DNA from: Eledone cirrhosa
Lineage: Eukaryota
Assembly (NCBI GenBank): GCA_964016885.1
Contig: OZ024764.1
Coordinates: 19,468,001 to 19,532,000 of the forward strand
Direction: 5' to 3'
Length of the DNA stretch: 64,000 nt
Below, one piece after another: positions 45,001-56,167 of the stretch. Each line of letters starts with the position of its first letter. Positions within the stretch are counted from its first letter, which is position 1. The notes under the pieces were generated by a model, which searched no databases, was not told the DNA's origin, and saw nothing but the letters and a program-made list of their open reading frames with translations. Position numbers and translations under genes: made by a program.

Positions 45001-48000
45001 GTGGCAGTAGATTAAACTGACTGATAAAAGTAGTTATTAGTGACATTAGATTAAACTGACTGATAAAAGTAGTTATTAGTGACGTTAGATTAAACTGACT
45101 GATAAAAGTAGTTATTAGTGGCAGTAGATTAAACTGACTGATAAAAGTAGTTATTAGTGGCAGTAGATTAAACTGACTGATAAAAGTAGTTATTAGTGGC
45201 AGTAGATTAAACTGAATGATAAAAGTAGTTATTAGTGACATTAGATTATACTGGCTGATAAAAGTAGTTATTAGTGACATTAGATTAAACTGACTGATAA
45301 AAGTAGTTATTAGTGGCAGTAGATTAAACTGACTGATAAATGTAGTTATTAGTGGCAGCAGATTAAACTGACTGATAAAAGTAGTTATTAGTGGCATTAG
45401 ATTAAACTGACTGATAAAAGTAGTTATTAGTGGCAGTAGATTAAACTGACTGATAAACGTAGTTATTAGTGACATTAGATTATACTGACTGATAAAAGTA
45501 GTTATTAGTGACATTAGATTAAACTGACTGATAAAAGTAGTTATTAGTGACATTAGATTAAACTGACAGATAAAAGTAGTTATTAGTGGCAGTAGATTAA
45601 ACTGACTGATAAAAGTAGTTATTAGTGACATTAGATTATACTGACTGATAAAAGTAGTTATTAGTGACATTAGATTATACTGACAGATAAAAGTAGTTAT
45701 TAGTGACATTAGATTAAACTGACTGATAAAAGTAGTTATTAGTGACTTAGATTAAACTGACTGATAAAAGTAGTTATTAGTTACATTAGATTAAACTGAC
45801 TGATAAAAGTAGTTATTAGTGACATTAGATTAAACTGACTGATAAAAGTAGTTATTAGTGGCAGTAGATTAAACTGACTAATAAAAGTAGTTATTAGTGA
45901 CATTAGATTATACTGACTGATAAAAGTAGTTATTAGTGACATTAGATTATACTGACTGATAAAAGTAGTTATTAGTGACATTAGATTAAACTGACTGATA
46001 AAAGTAGTTATTAGTGACATTAGATTAAACTGACTGATAAAAGTTGTTATTAGTGGCAGTAGATTAAACTGACTGATAAAAGTAGTTATTAGTGGCAGTA
46101 GATTAAACTGACTGATAAAAGTAGTTATTAGTGGCAGTAGATTAAACTGACTGATAAAAGTAGTTATTAGTGACATTAGATTAAACTGACTGATAAAAGT
46201 AGTTATTAGTGACGTTAGATTAAACTGACTGATAAAAGTAGTTATTAGTGGCAGTAGATTAAACTGACTGATAAAAGTAGTTATTAGTGGCAGTAGATTA
46301 AACTGACTGATAAAAGTAGTTATTAGTGGCAGTAGATTAAACTGAATGATAAAAGTAGTTATTAGTGACATTAGATTATACTGGCTGATAAAAGTAGTTA
46401 TTAGTGACATTAGATTAAACTGAGTGATAAAAGTAGTTATTAGTGGCAGTAGATTAAACTGACTGATAAATGTAGTTATTAGTGGCAGCAGATTAAACTG
46501 ACTGATAAAAGTAGTTATTAGTGGCATTAGATTAAACTGACTGATAAAAGTAGTTATTAGTGACATTAGATTAAACTGATTGATAAAAGTAGTTATTAGT
46601 GACATTAGATTAAACTGACTGATAAAAGTAGTTATTAGTGGCATTAGTTTAAACTGACTGATAAAAGTAGTTATTAGTGACATTAGATTAAACTGACTGA
46701 TAAAAGTAGTTATTAGTGGCATTAGTTTAAACTGACTGATAAAAGTAGTTATTAGTGACATTAGATTAAACTGACTGATAAAAGTAGTTATTAGTGACAT
46801 TAGATTAAACTGACTGATAAAAGTAGTTATTAGTGGCAGTAGATTAAACTGACTGATAAAAGTAGTTATTAGTGGCAGTAGATTAAACTGATAGATAAAA
46901 GTAGTTATTTATGACATTAGATTAAACTGACTGATAAAAGTAGTTATTAGTGACATTAGATTATACTGACTGATAAAAGTAGTTATTAGTGACATTAGAT
47001 TATACTGACTGATAAAAGTAGTTATTAGTGACATTAGATTATACTGACAGATAAAAGTAATTATTAGTGACATTAGATTATACTGACAGATAAAAGTAGT
47101 TATTAGTGACATTAGATTATACTGACTGATAAAAGTAGTTATTAGTGACTTTAGATTATACTGACTGATAAAAGTAGTTATTAGTGACATTAGATTATAC
47201 TGACTGATAAAAGTAGTTATTAGTGACATTAGATTATACTAACTGATAAAAGCAGTTATTAGTGACATTAGATTATACTGACTGATAAAAGTAGTTATTA
47301 GTGACTTTAGATTATACTAACTGATAAAAGTAGTTATTAGTGACATTAGATTATACTGACTGATAAAAGTAGTTATTAGTGACATTAGATTAAACTGACT
47401 GATAAAAGTAGTTATTAGTGACATTAGATTATACTGACAGATAAAAGTAGTTATTAGTGACATTAGAATATACTGACTGATAAAAGTAGTTATTAGTGAC
47501 ATTAGATTAAACTGACTGATAAAAGTAGTTATTAGTGACATTAGATTAAACTGACTGATAAAAGTAGTTATTAGTGGCAGTAGATTATACTGACTGATAA
47601 AAGTAGTTATTAGTGGCAGTAGATTATACTGACTGATAAAAGTAGTTATTAGTGGCATTAGATTATACTGACTGATAAAAGTAGTTATTAGTGACATTAG
47701 ATTATACTGACAGATAAAAGCAGTTATTAGTGACATTAGATTATACTGACTGATAAAAGTAGTTATTAGTGACATTAGATTAAACTGACTGATAAAAGTA
47801 GTTATTAGTGGCAGTAGATTAAACTGACTGATAAAAGTAGTTATTAGTGGCAGTAGATTATACTGACTGATAAAAGTAGTTATTAGTGGCAGTAGATTAT
47901 ACTGACTGATAAAAGTAGTTATTAGTGGCATTAGATTAAACTGACTGATAAAAGTAGTTATTAGTGACATTAGATTATACTGACAGATAAAAGTAGTTAT

Positions 48001-49772
48001 TAGTGACATTAGAATATACTGACTGATAAAAGTAGTTATTAGTGACATTAGATTAAACTGACTGATAAAAGTAGTTATTAGTGACATTAGATTAAACTGA
48101 CTGATAAAAGTAGTTATTAGTGGCAGTAGATTATACTGACTGATAAAAGTAGTTATTAGTGGCAGTAGATTATACTGACTGATAAAAGTAGTTATTAGTG
48201 GCATTAGATTATACTGACTGATAAAAGTAGTTATTAGTGGCATTAGTTTAAACTGACTGATAAAAGTAGTTATTAGTGACATTAGATTAAACTGACTGAT
48301 AAAAGTAGTTATTAGTGGCATTAGTTTAAACTGACTGATAAAAGTAGTTATTAGTGACATTAGATTAAACTGACTGATAAAAGTAGTTATTAGTGACATT
48401 AGATTAAACTGACTGATAAAAGTAGTTATTAGTGGCAGGAGATTAAACTGACTGATAAAAGTAGTTATTAGTGGCAGTAGATTAAACTGATAGATAAAAG
48501 TAGTTATTTATGACATTAGATTAAACTGACTGATAAAAGTAGTTATTAGTGACATTAGATTATACTGACTGATAAAAGTAGTTATTAGTGACATTAGATT
48601 ATACTGACAGATAAAAGTAATTATTAGTGACATTAGATTATACTGACAGATAAAAGTAGTTATTAGTGACATTAGATTAAACTGACTGATAAAAGTAGTT
48701 ATTAGTGACTTTAGATTATACTGACTGATAAAAGTAGTTATTAGTGACTTTAGATTATACTGACTGATAAAAGTAGTTATTAGTGACATTAGATTATACT
48801 GACTGATAAAAGTAGTTATTAGTGACATTAGATTATACTAACTGATAAAAGCAGTTATTAGTGACATTAGATTATACTGACTGATAAAAGTAGTTATTAG
48901 TGACTTTAGATTATACTAACTGATAAAAGTAGTTATTAGTGACATTAGATTATACTGACTGATAAAAGTAGTTATTAGTGACATTAGATTAAACTGACTG
49001 ATAAAAGTAGTTATTAGTGACATTAGATTATACTGACAGATAAAAGTAGTTATTAGTGACATTAGAATATACTGACTGATAAAAGTAGTTATTAGTGACA
49101 TTAGATTAAACTGACTGATAAAAGTAGTTATTAGTGACATTAGATTAAACTGACTGATAAAAGTAGTTATTAGTGGCAGTAGATTATACTGACTGATAAA
49201 AGTAGTTATTAGTGGCAGTAGATTATACTGACTGATAAAAGTAGTTATTAGTGGCATTAGATTATACTGACTGATAAAAGTAGTTATTAGTGACATTAGA
49301 TTATACTGACAGATAAAAGCAGTTATTAGTGACATTAGATTATACTGACTGATAAAAGTAGTTATTAGTGACATTAGATTAAACTGACTGATAAAAGTAG
49401 TTATTAGTGGCAGTAGATTAAACTGACTGATAAAAGTAGTTATTAGTGGCAGTAGATTATACTGACTGATAAAAGTAGTTATTAGTGGCAGTAGATTATA
49501 CTGACTGATAAAAGTAGTTATTAGTGGCATTAGATTATACTGACTGATAAAAGTAGTTATTAGTGACATTAGATTATACTGACAGATAAAAGCAGTTATT
49601 AGTGACATTAGATTATACTGACTGATAAAAGTAGTTATTAGTGACATTAGATTAAACTGACTGATAAAAGTAGTTATTAGTGACGTTAGATTAAACTGAC
49701 TGATAAAAGTAGTTATTAGTGGCAGTAGATTATACTGACTGATAAAAGTAGTTATTAGTGATATCAGATTAA
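1..49772. repeat. 39-bp tandem satellite, consensus TTAGTGACATTAGATTAAACTGACTGATAAAAGTAGTTA, about 1,275 monomers, truncated by the left window edge
   Basis: Uninterrupted head-to-tail 39-bp units. Common variants: A18T, linked A7G+T10G, C8G, T25A. Consensus has 10/39 G+C and no CpG. Phase is unbroken to about 35,180, followed by ten 1-bp-deleted monomers. Confidence 0.99.
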
Positions 49773-49980
49773 CCCTTTAGTATTCACATTACTCTATATT
49801 TACTATTATATTTTCACAGTAAATGCTTTATCTCACATAATATCAAATCTATGAGATTTTCATGTTACTTATTTTGAGAACAATACCTTAACATAAGTAT
49901 AAGTGACCAGTTACGGCCAGTTTGAACAGAAAGATGTGGGAGAATTCTGGCCAGATATGGCCAGTTTATATACTAAAGGG
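49773..49980. mobile_element. 208-bp non-autonomous piggyBac-like MITE
   Basis: TTAA|CCCTTTAGTAT...ATACTAAAGGG|TTAA: perfect 11-bp TIRs with CCC/GGG ends and TTAA on both sides (49769-72, 49981-84). Subterminal GGCCAG repeats; no ORF. Confidence 0.85.
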
Positions 49981-50300
49981 TTAAAGAAATTAGGTGTAGA
50001 AGAATGGCTTGTGAGAAGCTGTCAGTAAAGTGTCTAGTGAGGAATTGAAGGTACAGGTAGGAGTTCATCATGGTTTAGTTCTTAGCCCACTGTTGTTCAT
50101 CATAGTTCTCCAAGCCATAACAGAGAGGTTTAAGACTGGCTGTCTATGGAAACTTCTCTATGTAGATGACCAGCTATAGATATAGAATTTGAAATGGTAA
50201 GTTCTGAGAATATACTTAGCCAAAACTAAAGTGCTAATGGATAGGAGAGAAGACCTTCAGGAAAGTGGCCCTGCTCCATATGTAGAAAAGGAATACGTAG
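49981..50300 (+). mobile_element. RTE-clade LINE fragment (internally deleted RT region)
   Basis: Manual translation gives LKKLGVEEWLVR...VQVGVHHGLVLSPLLFIIVLQAITERFKTGCLWKLLYVDD...LAKTKVLM...PSGKWPCSICRKG, homologous to 51.65-52.08 kb. Confidence 0.85.
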
Positions 50301-52563
50301 AGATAACCACAATGACAGAGACCTAGTTATAAGAGCAGGGGACTTCAATGGTCATGTTGGACAGCTCCAGGATGGATACACTAGGGTACATGCTGGTCAT
50401 GGTTATGGCTCAAGAAATGAAGAAGGAGTGAGGCTTCTTGTATTTTGTGATGCAAGTGAACTAACCATTTGCAACACTTCAAGAAACCTACCAACCACCT
50501 AATAACCTACCAATCAGGTGAACAAATGAGACAGATTGACTTCTTGCTAGTTAGGCAGTAAGAGAGATAGATGGTGTCAAATACTAAGGCATACCCCAGG
50601 GAACAATGTAACCCCCCAACATAGGTTAGTCGTTAGTGACATCTCAGTAAGCAAGAGACAAAGAGAGACATACAAGAAAGTGTGAAAAAGGAAGGTATGG
50701 AAACTAAAAGACCTTTCACTAAAATATAAATTTAGGGAAGCCCTTCAAGATTTGTATGACGAAAAAGAAGACGATTTAGAGTACTATGACATGGACGATA
50801 ACATGAATTTCTTACGTGACAACTTACTGCAGGTTACTGAAGAAACTTGTGGCTGGAGCAGAGCTCCAACCAGACAGAGGGTGACCTGGTGGTGGAACAG
50901 CACGGTAGATAGAACCATTAGAGACAAAAGGCTTGGAAAAATGGTAGGGGTAGAGACCGATTCACAGCCACTAAGAGAGAAGCTAGATGTCAGGTCTATT
51001 TAACATGCAGGGAGGATGAGAGTAGAAGGTTTGCCAATGTCCTGCGATGGGGAGATCAGAGATGTGCAGTGTTCCGCATTGCAAGGCAGTGTGTCAGTGT
51101 AAATCAGGATGTTGGTGCACTTAGTGTCACTGATTCTCAAAAAAAAGGAGGCCTGGAAATGTCATTATGAGAGACTGATGAATGTGGAGAATGAATAGGA
51201 GGGGAGCTACCTTCAGTAGACCCGACAGAAGGACCAGCTATTGAGATTGATGGGGTCCAATTAAGGAAATGAAAAATGGTAAGTCCGCTGGACTGTTGGG
51301 GATAGTTGCTGAGATGCTGAAGGCATCAAAAGAAGTAGGAATTAAACTGGTTGCATGCATCATTAATCAAGCTATATATGGTGGTGTCATACCCAAAGAC
51401 TGGTGCAGCAGTATTCTCATAAATTGAGGTAAAGGTAAAGGGGATGTTCTGGAGGGGAGTAATTATAGGGGTATAAAACTGATGGATCAGGTTATGAAAG
51501 TGACAGAAAGAATACTAGCGCAACTTAGAGAAAGAGTCAAATAGATGCCCTCTTCTTAGTGAGACAACTACAAGAGAGGTTCTTAGAGAAGAAAACCACT
51601 ATACTTAGTTTTTGTTGACCTAGAGAAGGCCTTTGATAGAGTACCCCAATCTGTCATCTGGTGGTCCCTAAGGAAACTAGGTGTAGAGGAATAGTTTGTG
51701 AAGACAGTGCAAGCTATGTACAGAGGTGCTGTCAGTAAAGTGAGGGTAGGCATGGAGTTTAGTGAGGAATTACAAATGCAGGAGTACATCAGGGTTCGGT
51801 CCTCAGCCCGCTCTTGTTCATTATAGTCCTCCAAGTCATAACAGAGAAGTTTAAGACTAGGTGCCCATGGGAAGTTCTCTATGCTGACGATATGGTTCTT
51901 ATAGCAGAATCAGTAGAGGAGCTAGAGAATAAATTCTGGCTATTGCAACAGCAGTTGGAATCAAGAGGACTGAGAGTGAACCTAGCTAAGACTAAAGTGT
52001 TGATGAGTAGAAAAGAGGACAAAACTGTCATTCCATCAGGGAAATGGCCTTGTTCAATATGTAGAAAAGGAACTGGCATAAATTCTATAATGTACACAAT
52101 GCAGATTTTGGGTACACAAGAAATGTAGTGGGATAGCAGGCAAACTAACAGGTAGGGGAAAAATACATATGTAGTAGATGTACAGGGAAATTTGACAGTA
52201 GAAGTCGCAGTGATAGACACATTTTTCAAATGCAAATAGGTTCTATAGAAGTGGTTGATAGCTTCCGGTATCTAGGTGATCAAATTAGCATGGGAGGAGG
52301 GTGCCCAGAGGCCATAGTATCTAGAATAAGGACGGGTTGGAAGAAGTTTAGGGAGCTGCTTCCTCTGTTGACAAAGAAGGGTTTCTCTCTAAGAACGAAT
52401 GGCTTGTGATGCCTGCGTGAGATGTGTGATGCTGCACGGTAGTGAGACATGGACAGCAACTGTGGAGGATATGCAACGGCTGGAGAGAGATGAAGCAAGT
52501 ATGCTCCGTTGGATGTGCAATGTCAATGTGCATCAACGACCAAGCATAGATGAGTTGAGAGAG
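50301..52563 (+). mobile_element. Degenerate RTE-clade LINE ORF: AP endonuclease C-terminal half, reverse transcriptase and Cys/His finger
   Basis: Endonuclease motifs AGDFNGHVG, GYGSRNEEG, QIDFLLVR and QHRLVVSD. RT motifs NYRGIKL, FVDLEKAFDRVP and LYADD (about 51,876). Downstream WKKFRELLP and MLHGSETW. Many stops and frameshifts; both ends missing. Confidence 0.93.
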
Positions 52564-52975
52564 AATGCACAACATGGCCATACCAGTGCATGTGTCTCCT
52601 GTGAAACACATCCTTGAGGTTGTCGATCAGCAGTTTTTTTAGGAGCTCAGTTGAGCTGACATCATCCTCAATGGTCACACTACACATCCAGTGGATCATA
52701 GCTCTGTCATTTCTTCAGAGTCAATTCAGACAGTCAGATAACATGGCCCAGGTCTCGCTGGCATGAAACAACACACTTCTCCCACAGGTGTGATAAACCT
52801 GCCCCATGGTGTCTAATGGTAGCCAGCATGTCTTGAGGATTAGGAGAAGCTGCCTAAACTTGTTACCTGTGGAGTGGCACAGCTCGATGGCAGTGAACTT
52901 GGCTCCACTTCCAGCTGACATGTCACACAGGTAGCAGAAAGATGTCACCACATCCAGCTTGTCCTCACCAACAGG
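52560..52975 (-). mobile_element. Inverted RTE-clade LINE fragment (post-RT region, different subfamily)
   Basis: Minus strand reads VTSFCYLCD...NKFRQLL...GQVYHTCGRSVLFHASETW...RNDRAMIHWMC...HWYGHV. Confidence 0.85.
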
Positions 52976-52999
52976 TCCCTAGTTATAAAGGTTATCATT

Positions 53000-53101
53000 G
53001 ACCAACACTGACACCCCTCAGGGTAGACTGAACCAACACTTAGACCCCCCAGGGTGGACTGAACCAACACTAACACCCCCCAGGGTGGATTGAACCAACA
53101 T
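53000..53101. repeat. 31-bp minisatellite, about 3.3 copies
   Basis: AACCAACACT..ACCCCCCAGGGTGGACTG recurs at 53000, 53031, 53062 and 53093. Confidence 0.85.
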
Positions 53102-53252
53102 TTACCACAGGTCTATAAATAACTGTATTACCCTATCATGATACTATAACATTATAAACCTAAAACTCTGTGATTGTATCTTGTCTGTAATGTAATACAG
53201 CCAAAACGAGGCATAATGGGAAAATAGTTTGAAAGGAAGTTGACCCCGAAAT

Positions 53253-54417
53253 GTGAAAGCTGTACCAGCCATGCATAGGGGAGCAGTCAGCAGAGTTAGC
53301 ATTAGCAATGACTAGAGAGAGGAATTTAGCATACCGGTCAGTGTCCACCAGGGCTCTGTTCTTAGCCCTCTCCTGTTCATCATAGTTCTGCAGGCAATAA
53401 CGGAGGAGTTTAAGACCGGATGCCCATGGGAACTCCTGTATGCAGATGACCTCGCACTTATAGCTGACTCTATGGTGTAACTAGAGAAGAAATTCCAAAC
53501 TTGGAAGCAGGGACTAGAAAGAAAGGGTCTCAAAGTCAACCTGACAAAGACTAAGGTCCGTGTAAGTAGGCGAGAAAGCAGAACCCAGATCCCCTCAGGG
53601 AAATGGCCTTGCTTAGTATGTGGGAAAGGTGTAGGTAGGAACTCCATCCTCTGCCCCAAATACAAACAATGGGTACACAAGAGATGTAGCGGGATCTCAG
53701 GAAGCTTAATTAAGAATGTAGCATGCTTCACATGTAGCAGTTGTGCTGGGACAGCAAGCAGCAAACAGCCACAGGAAATAAGCACCACCAATCTCTGAGA
53801 GGGCTCTGTAGAAACAGTAGACAGCTTCTGCTACCTAGGTGACCGAATTAGGAGCGGTGGTGGGTGTTCGGAAAGTACAATGACTAGGGTAAGAACGGGA
53901 TGGAAGAAGTTCATGACTGTATGATGCGTGCATACAAACAGCAATGTTGCATGGTAGTGAGACCTGGGTGCTGAAGGTGGAAGACTTGCATAGATTAGAA
54001 AGAAATGAAGCCTGCATGCTCTGTTGGATGTGTAATAGTAATATACGTGAACGACAAAGCATAAACGAATTGAGAGAGAGACTGAGCATAATAGGAATCA
54101 AATGCTGTGTGCAGGAGAGGCGGTTGCGTTGGTATGGACATGTGATGCGTATGAAGGATAACAGCTGCATAAAAAGGTCCAGAGCACTAGAAGTCGATGG
54201 AAGCCGTGGAGTGGGGAGACCCAAGAAGACCTGGGATGAGGTGATAAAAGCCGACCTTACCCAATTACACCTCTCAAAGGCGATGACACACGACCGTGAC
54301 CTCTGGCGTCATGCAGTAATACAGAAGACCGACCACCCCACGGGTACAAGCTGGACAACCTGTCCAACCCATGCTAGCATGGAAGAAGGGACGTAAAACG
54401 GTGATGATGATGATGAT
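53253..54417 (+). mobile_element. 5'-truncated RTE-clade LINE with its 3' end and (GAT)5 tail
   Basis: VHQGSVLSPLLFIIV, CPWELLYADD, a Cys/His finger, MLHGSETW, RLRWYGHV and GRPKKTW. Ends CCCATGCTAGCATGGAA...AAACGGT(GAT)5. Contains stops and deletions. Confidence 0.93.
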
Positions 54418-54547
54418 ATATATATAGAGAGAGAGAGAGCTGGTGGTGTTGTTCAAAGAAATTATTACTTGTGTGTGTGTGTGTGCGTGTGTATGAGTGT
54501 GTCTGTGACTAGGGTATTAAGGCCACAGACACACACACACATATATA
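54418..54547. repeat. Compound microsatellite (TA)n(GA)n, (TG)n, (CA)n
   Basis: Directly visible dinucleotide tracts. Confidence 0.9.
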
Positions 54548-55396
54548 CAGGGTGCGGACGATATTTGTTCGCAAGATTACTGTCTAGGAAAAAATAAGAC
54601 AGTAGTTTTATTTTTTAAGATATATTTATCAAACTTGTGTCAGTTTGTCTTCATGACTTGTTCTTTCAATCTCACTCCATAAACCCGCCATTGGCTTTGA
54701 TGACGGCCTCGGAACCAGCTACAGGCCTTTGCCACTGTCCCCCGACTTAGGCCCCTAAAGGCACTTGTGATCCTGGCCTTCAGATCGCCTTTCGTATTGC
54801 AGCTACATCTGTTGGTGTCTCGTTCCACTGCGCCCCACACAAAAAAGTCGAGGTGGTTGCAGTCAGGCGAGCTGGGAGGCCAGATGTCAGGTGAAGTGTG
54901 GTTGACGAAGTTCTGACAGCCAGGCTTGGGTCTTGCTGCCACACGTACAGCCTACCTGCAGCTACCTGGTCGATCCAGGGCTTTACTACCTCGCTCAGAA
55001 CGTGCATGTAGCCATCGGTGTACAGCTTCAGGTCCTCAGGGAAGAAGTGAGGTGGCTTGACGTCACCTTGACTGCTGATGACACCAAAGACCAATGTTGT
55101 CGCTGGAAACTTTGTCTGCATGACTCTGGGCAGGTCTTTGGATGAGACAGCGAGCCACCTGTTGTTCTGGTAGTTGATCTTCTGGTCCTTATTTGTCCTC
55201 CAGGCGCGGATTCCAAGAGGAACTCTGTCTCTTCCACAAATTTGGAGGTTCAAAATTATTCATAATCAATTATTCGGAAAATAAATAATGGAAATATAGT
55301 CACTGTTTTTATGAAGACAAGAGTGACAACGGAAGTAAAAAAAATTTGCATAAATTTAGCAGTTGAAAATTGCGAACAAATATCGTTCACACCCTG
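54548..55396 (-). mobile_element. Internally deleted Tc1/mariner DNA transposon, probably maT/DD37D-like, 849 bp
   Basis: 27-bp TIRs CAGGGTGYGRACGATATTTGTTCGCAA (2 mismatches) flanked by TA on both sides. Minus-strand transposase remnants VFGVISSQG, YVWQQD and WPPSSPDCNHLDFFVWG. N-terminus absent, frameshifted. Confidence 0.92.
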
Positions 55397-55599
55397 TATA
55401 TACACACACACGCATATATATAATTATATATATATGGGCCTAATAATTTCATTTTACATTATATACATGTCTGTGTATATTTTAATTATTTAAATATTAT
55501 TTTTAAAGGGAACGTGACCCAACAGGTCACAGGTGTTCTAGTAAGATTATAAATACAAACACACAAAAAGATAGAATCTACTCAAACCTTAATATCTCA

Positions 55600-55830
55600 G
55601 ACCCCAGTAGATTACTGGAACTTTAATTTATCCACTCCGTTAGAATGAAAGACAAAGTTAACTTTGGTGGGATTTGAACTCATAACATAAAGGGTTGAAA
55701 TCCCGCCGAGGTTAGCTTTGCCCTTCATCTTTACGAGGTTGATTTAAGATCTTATAATAGTTTCTGATTTAGACACAAGGTCGACAATGTTTGGGGGGAA
55801 TAAGTTGATTAAATCAAACACAGTTACTGT
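55600..55830. mobile_element. tRNA-derived SINE fragments in opposite orientations
   Basis: B-box-like GAGTTCAAATCCC on the minus strand (ends 55681) and GGGTTGAAATCCCGCCGAGG on the plus strand (55691), each followed by a related CTTTG-C-TTCAT core. Confidence 0.65.
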
Positions 55831-56167
55831 GAGATCACTTCTTTGATAGTTTGTTTAAAAATAACTGATTCACGATTTACGTATGAAAAGTTGACAAAGA
55901 TTTACAAGTGGTGTTATCAATAAATAGGGCCTTCAAAGTAGCAGGAAACGACTAGATTTGTAGATGAAGAAGTGGGAGACAGGATTATCAGAGTTCAGAA
56001 GAGCTACACACTTCTCCAGTTGGCTGGGAAATAATTATCTTTCCTTAATTTTATTTCTCAACCCCTTAGATGTTTGCCATTGACTTTTCTTCCTGAAAAC
56101 GGAAACCCTAAACCTAATACTGGGGAATAAAATGTCTATTGCAAGTATCGAAGGGGTCCAGAGAAAA

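Noticed and set aside
956-49647. Giant minus-strand ORFs (up to 2,349 aa) as real genes
   Set aside because: They are pure translations of the 39-bp monomer, with no unique termini, non-synonymous common variants, and stops and frameshifts copied with the duplications.
1-49772. CRISPR array or diversity-cassette array
   Set aside because: Units are contiguous with no unique spacers, there are no cas or recombinase genes, and the context is eukaryotic.
1-49772. Telomeric repeat
   Set aside because: TTAG occurs, but TTAGGG appears only in rare variant monomers. The substitution and duplication pattern fits recombination, not templated telomerase synthesis.
1-49772. A 'code' in the order of monomer variants
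   Set aside because: Recurring orders are fully explained by block duplications at exact multiples of 39, with no fixed period.
50301-54417. Reverse transcriptase next to the array as a functional RT-repeat system
   Set aside because: These are ordinary decayed RTE LINE copies with stops and deletions and no sequence link to the 39-mer.
51583-55237. Short ORFs antisense to or out of frame with the RTE and mariner sequences
   Set aside because: Shadow ORFs of the transposon coding strands.
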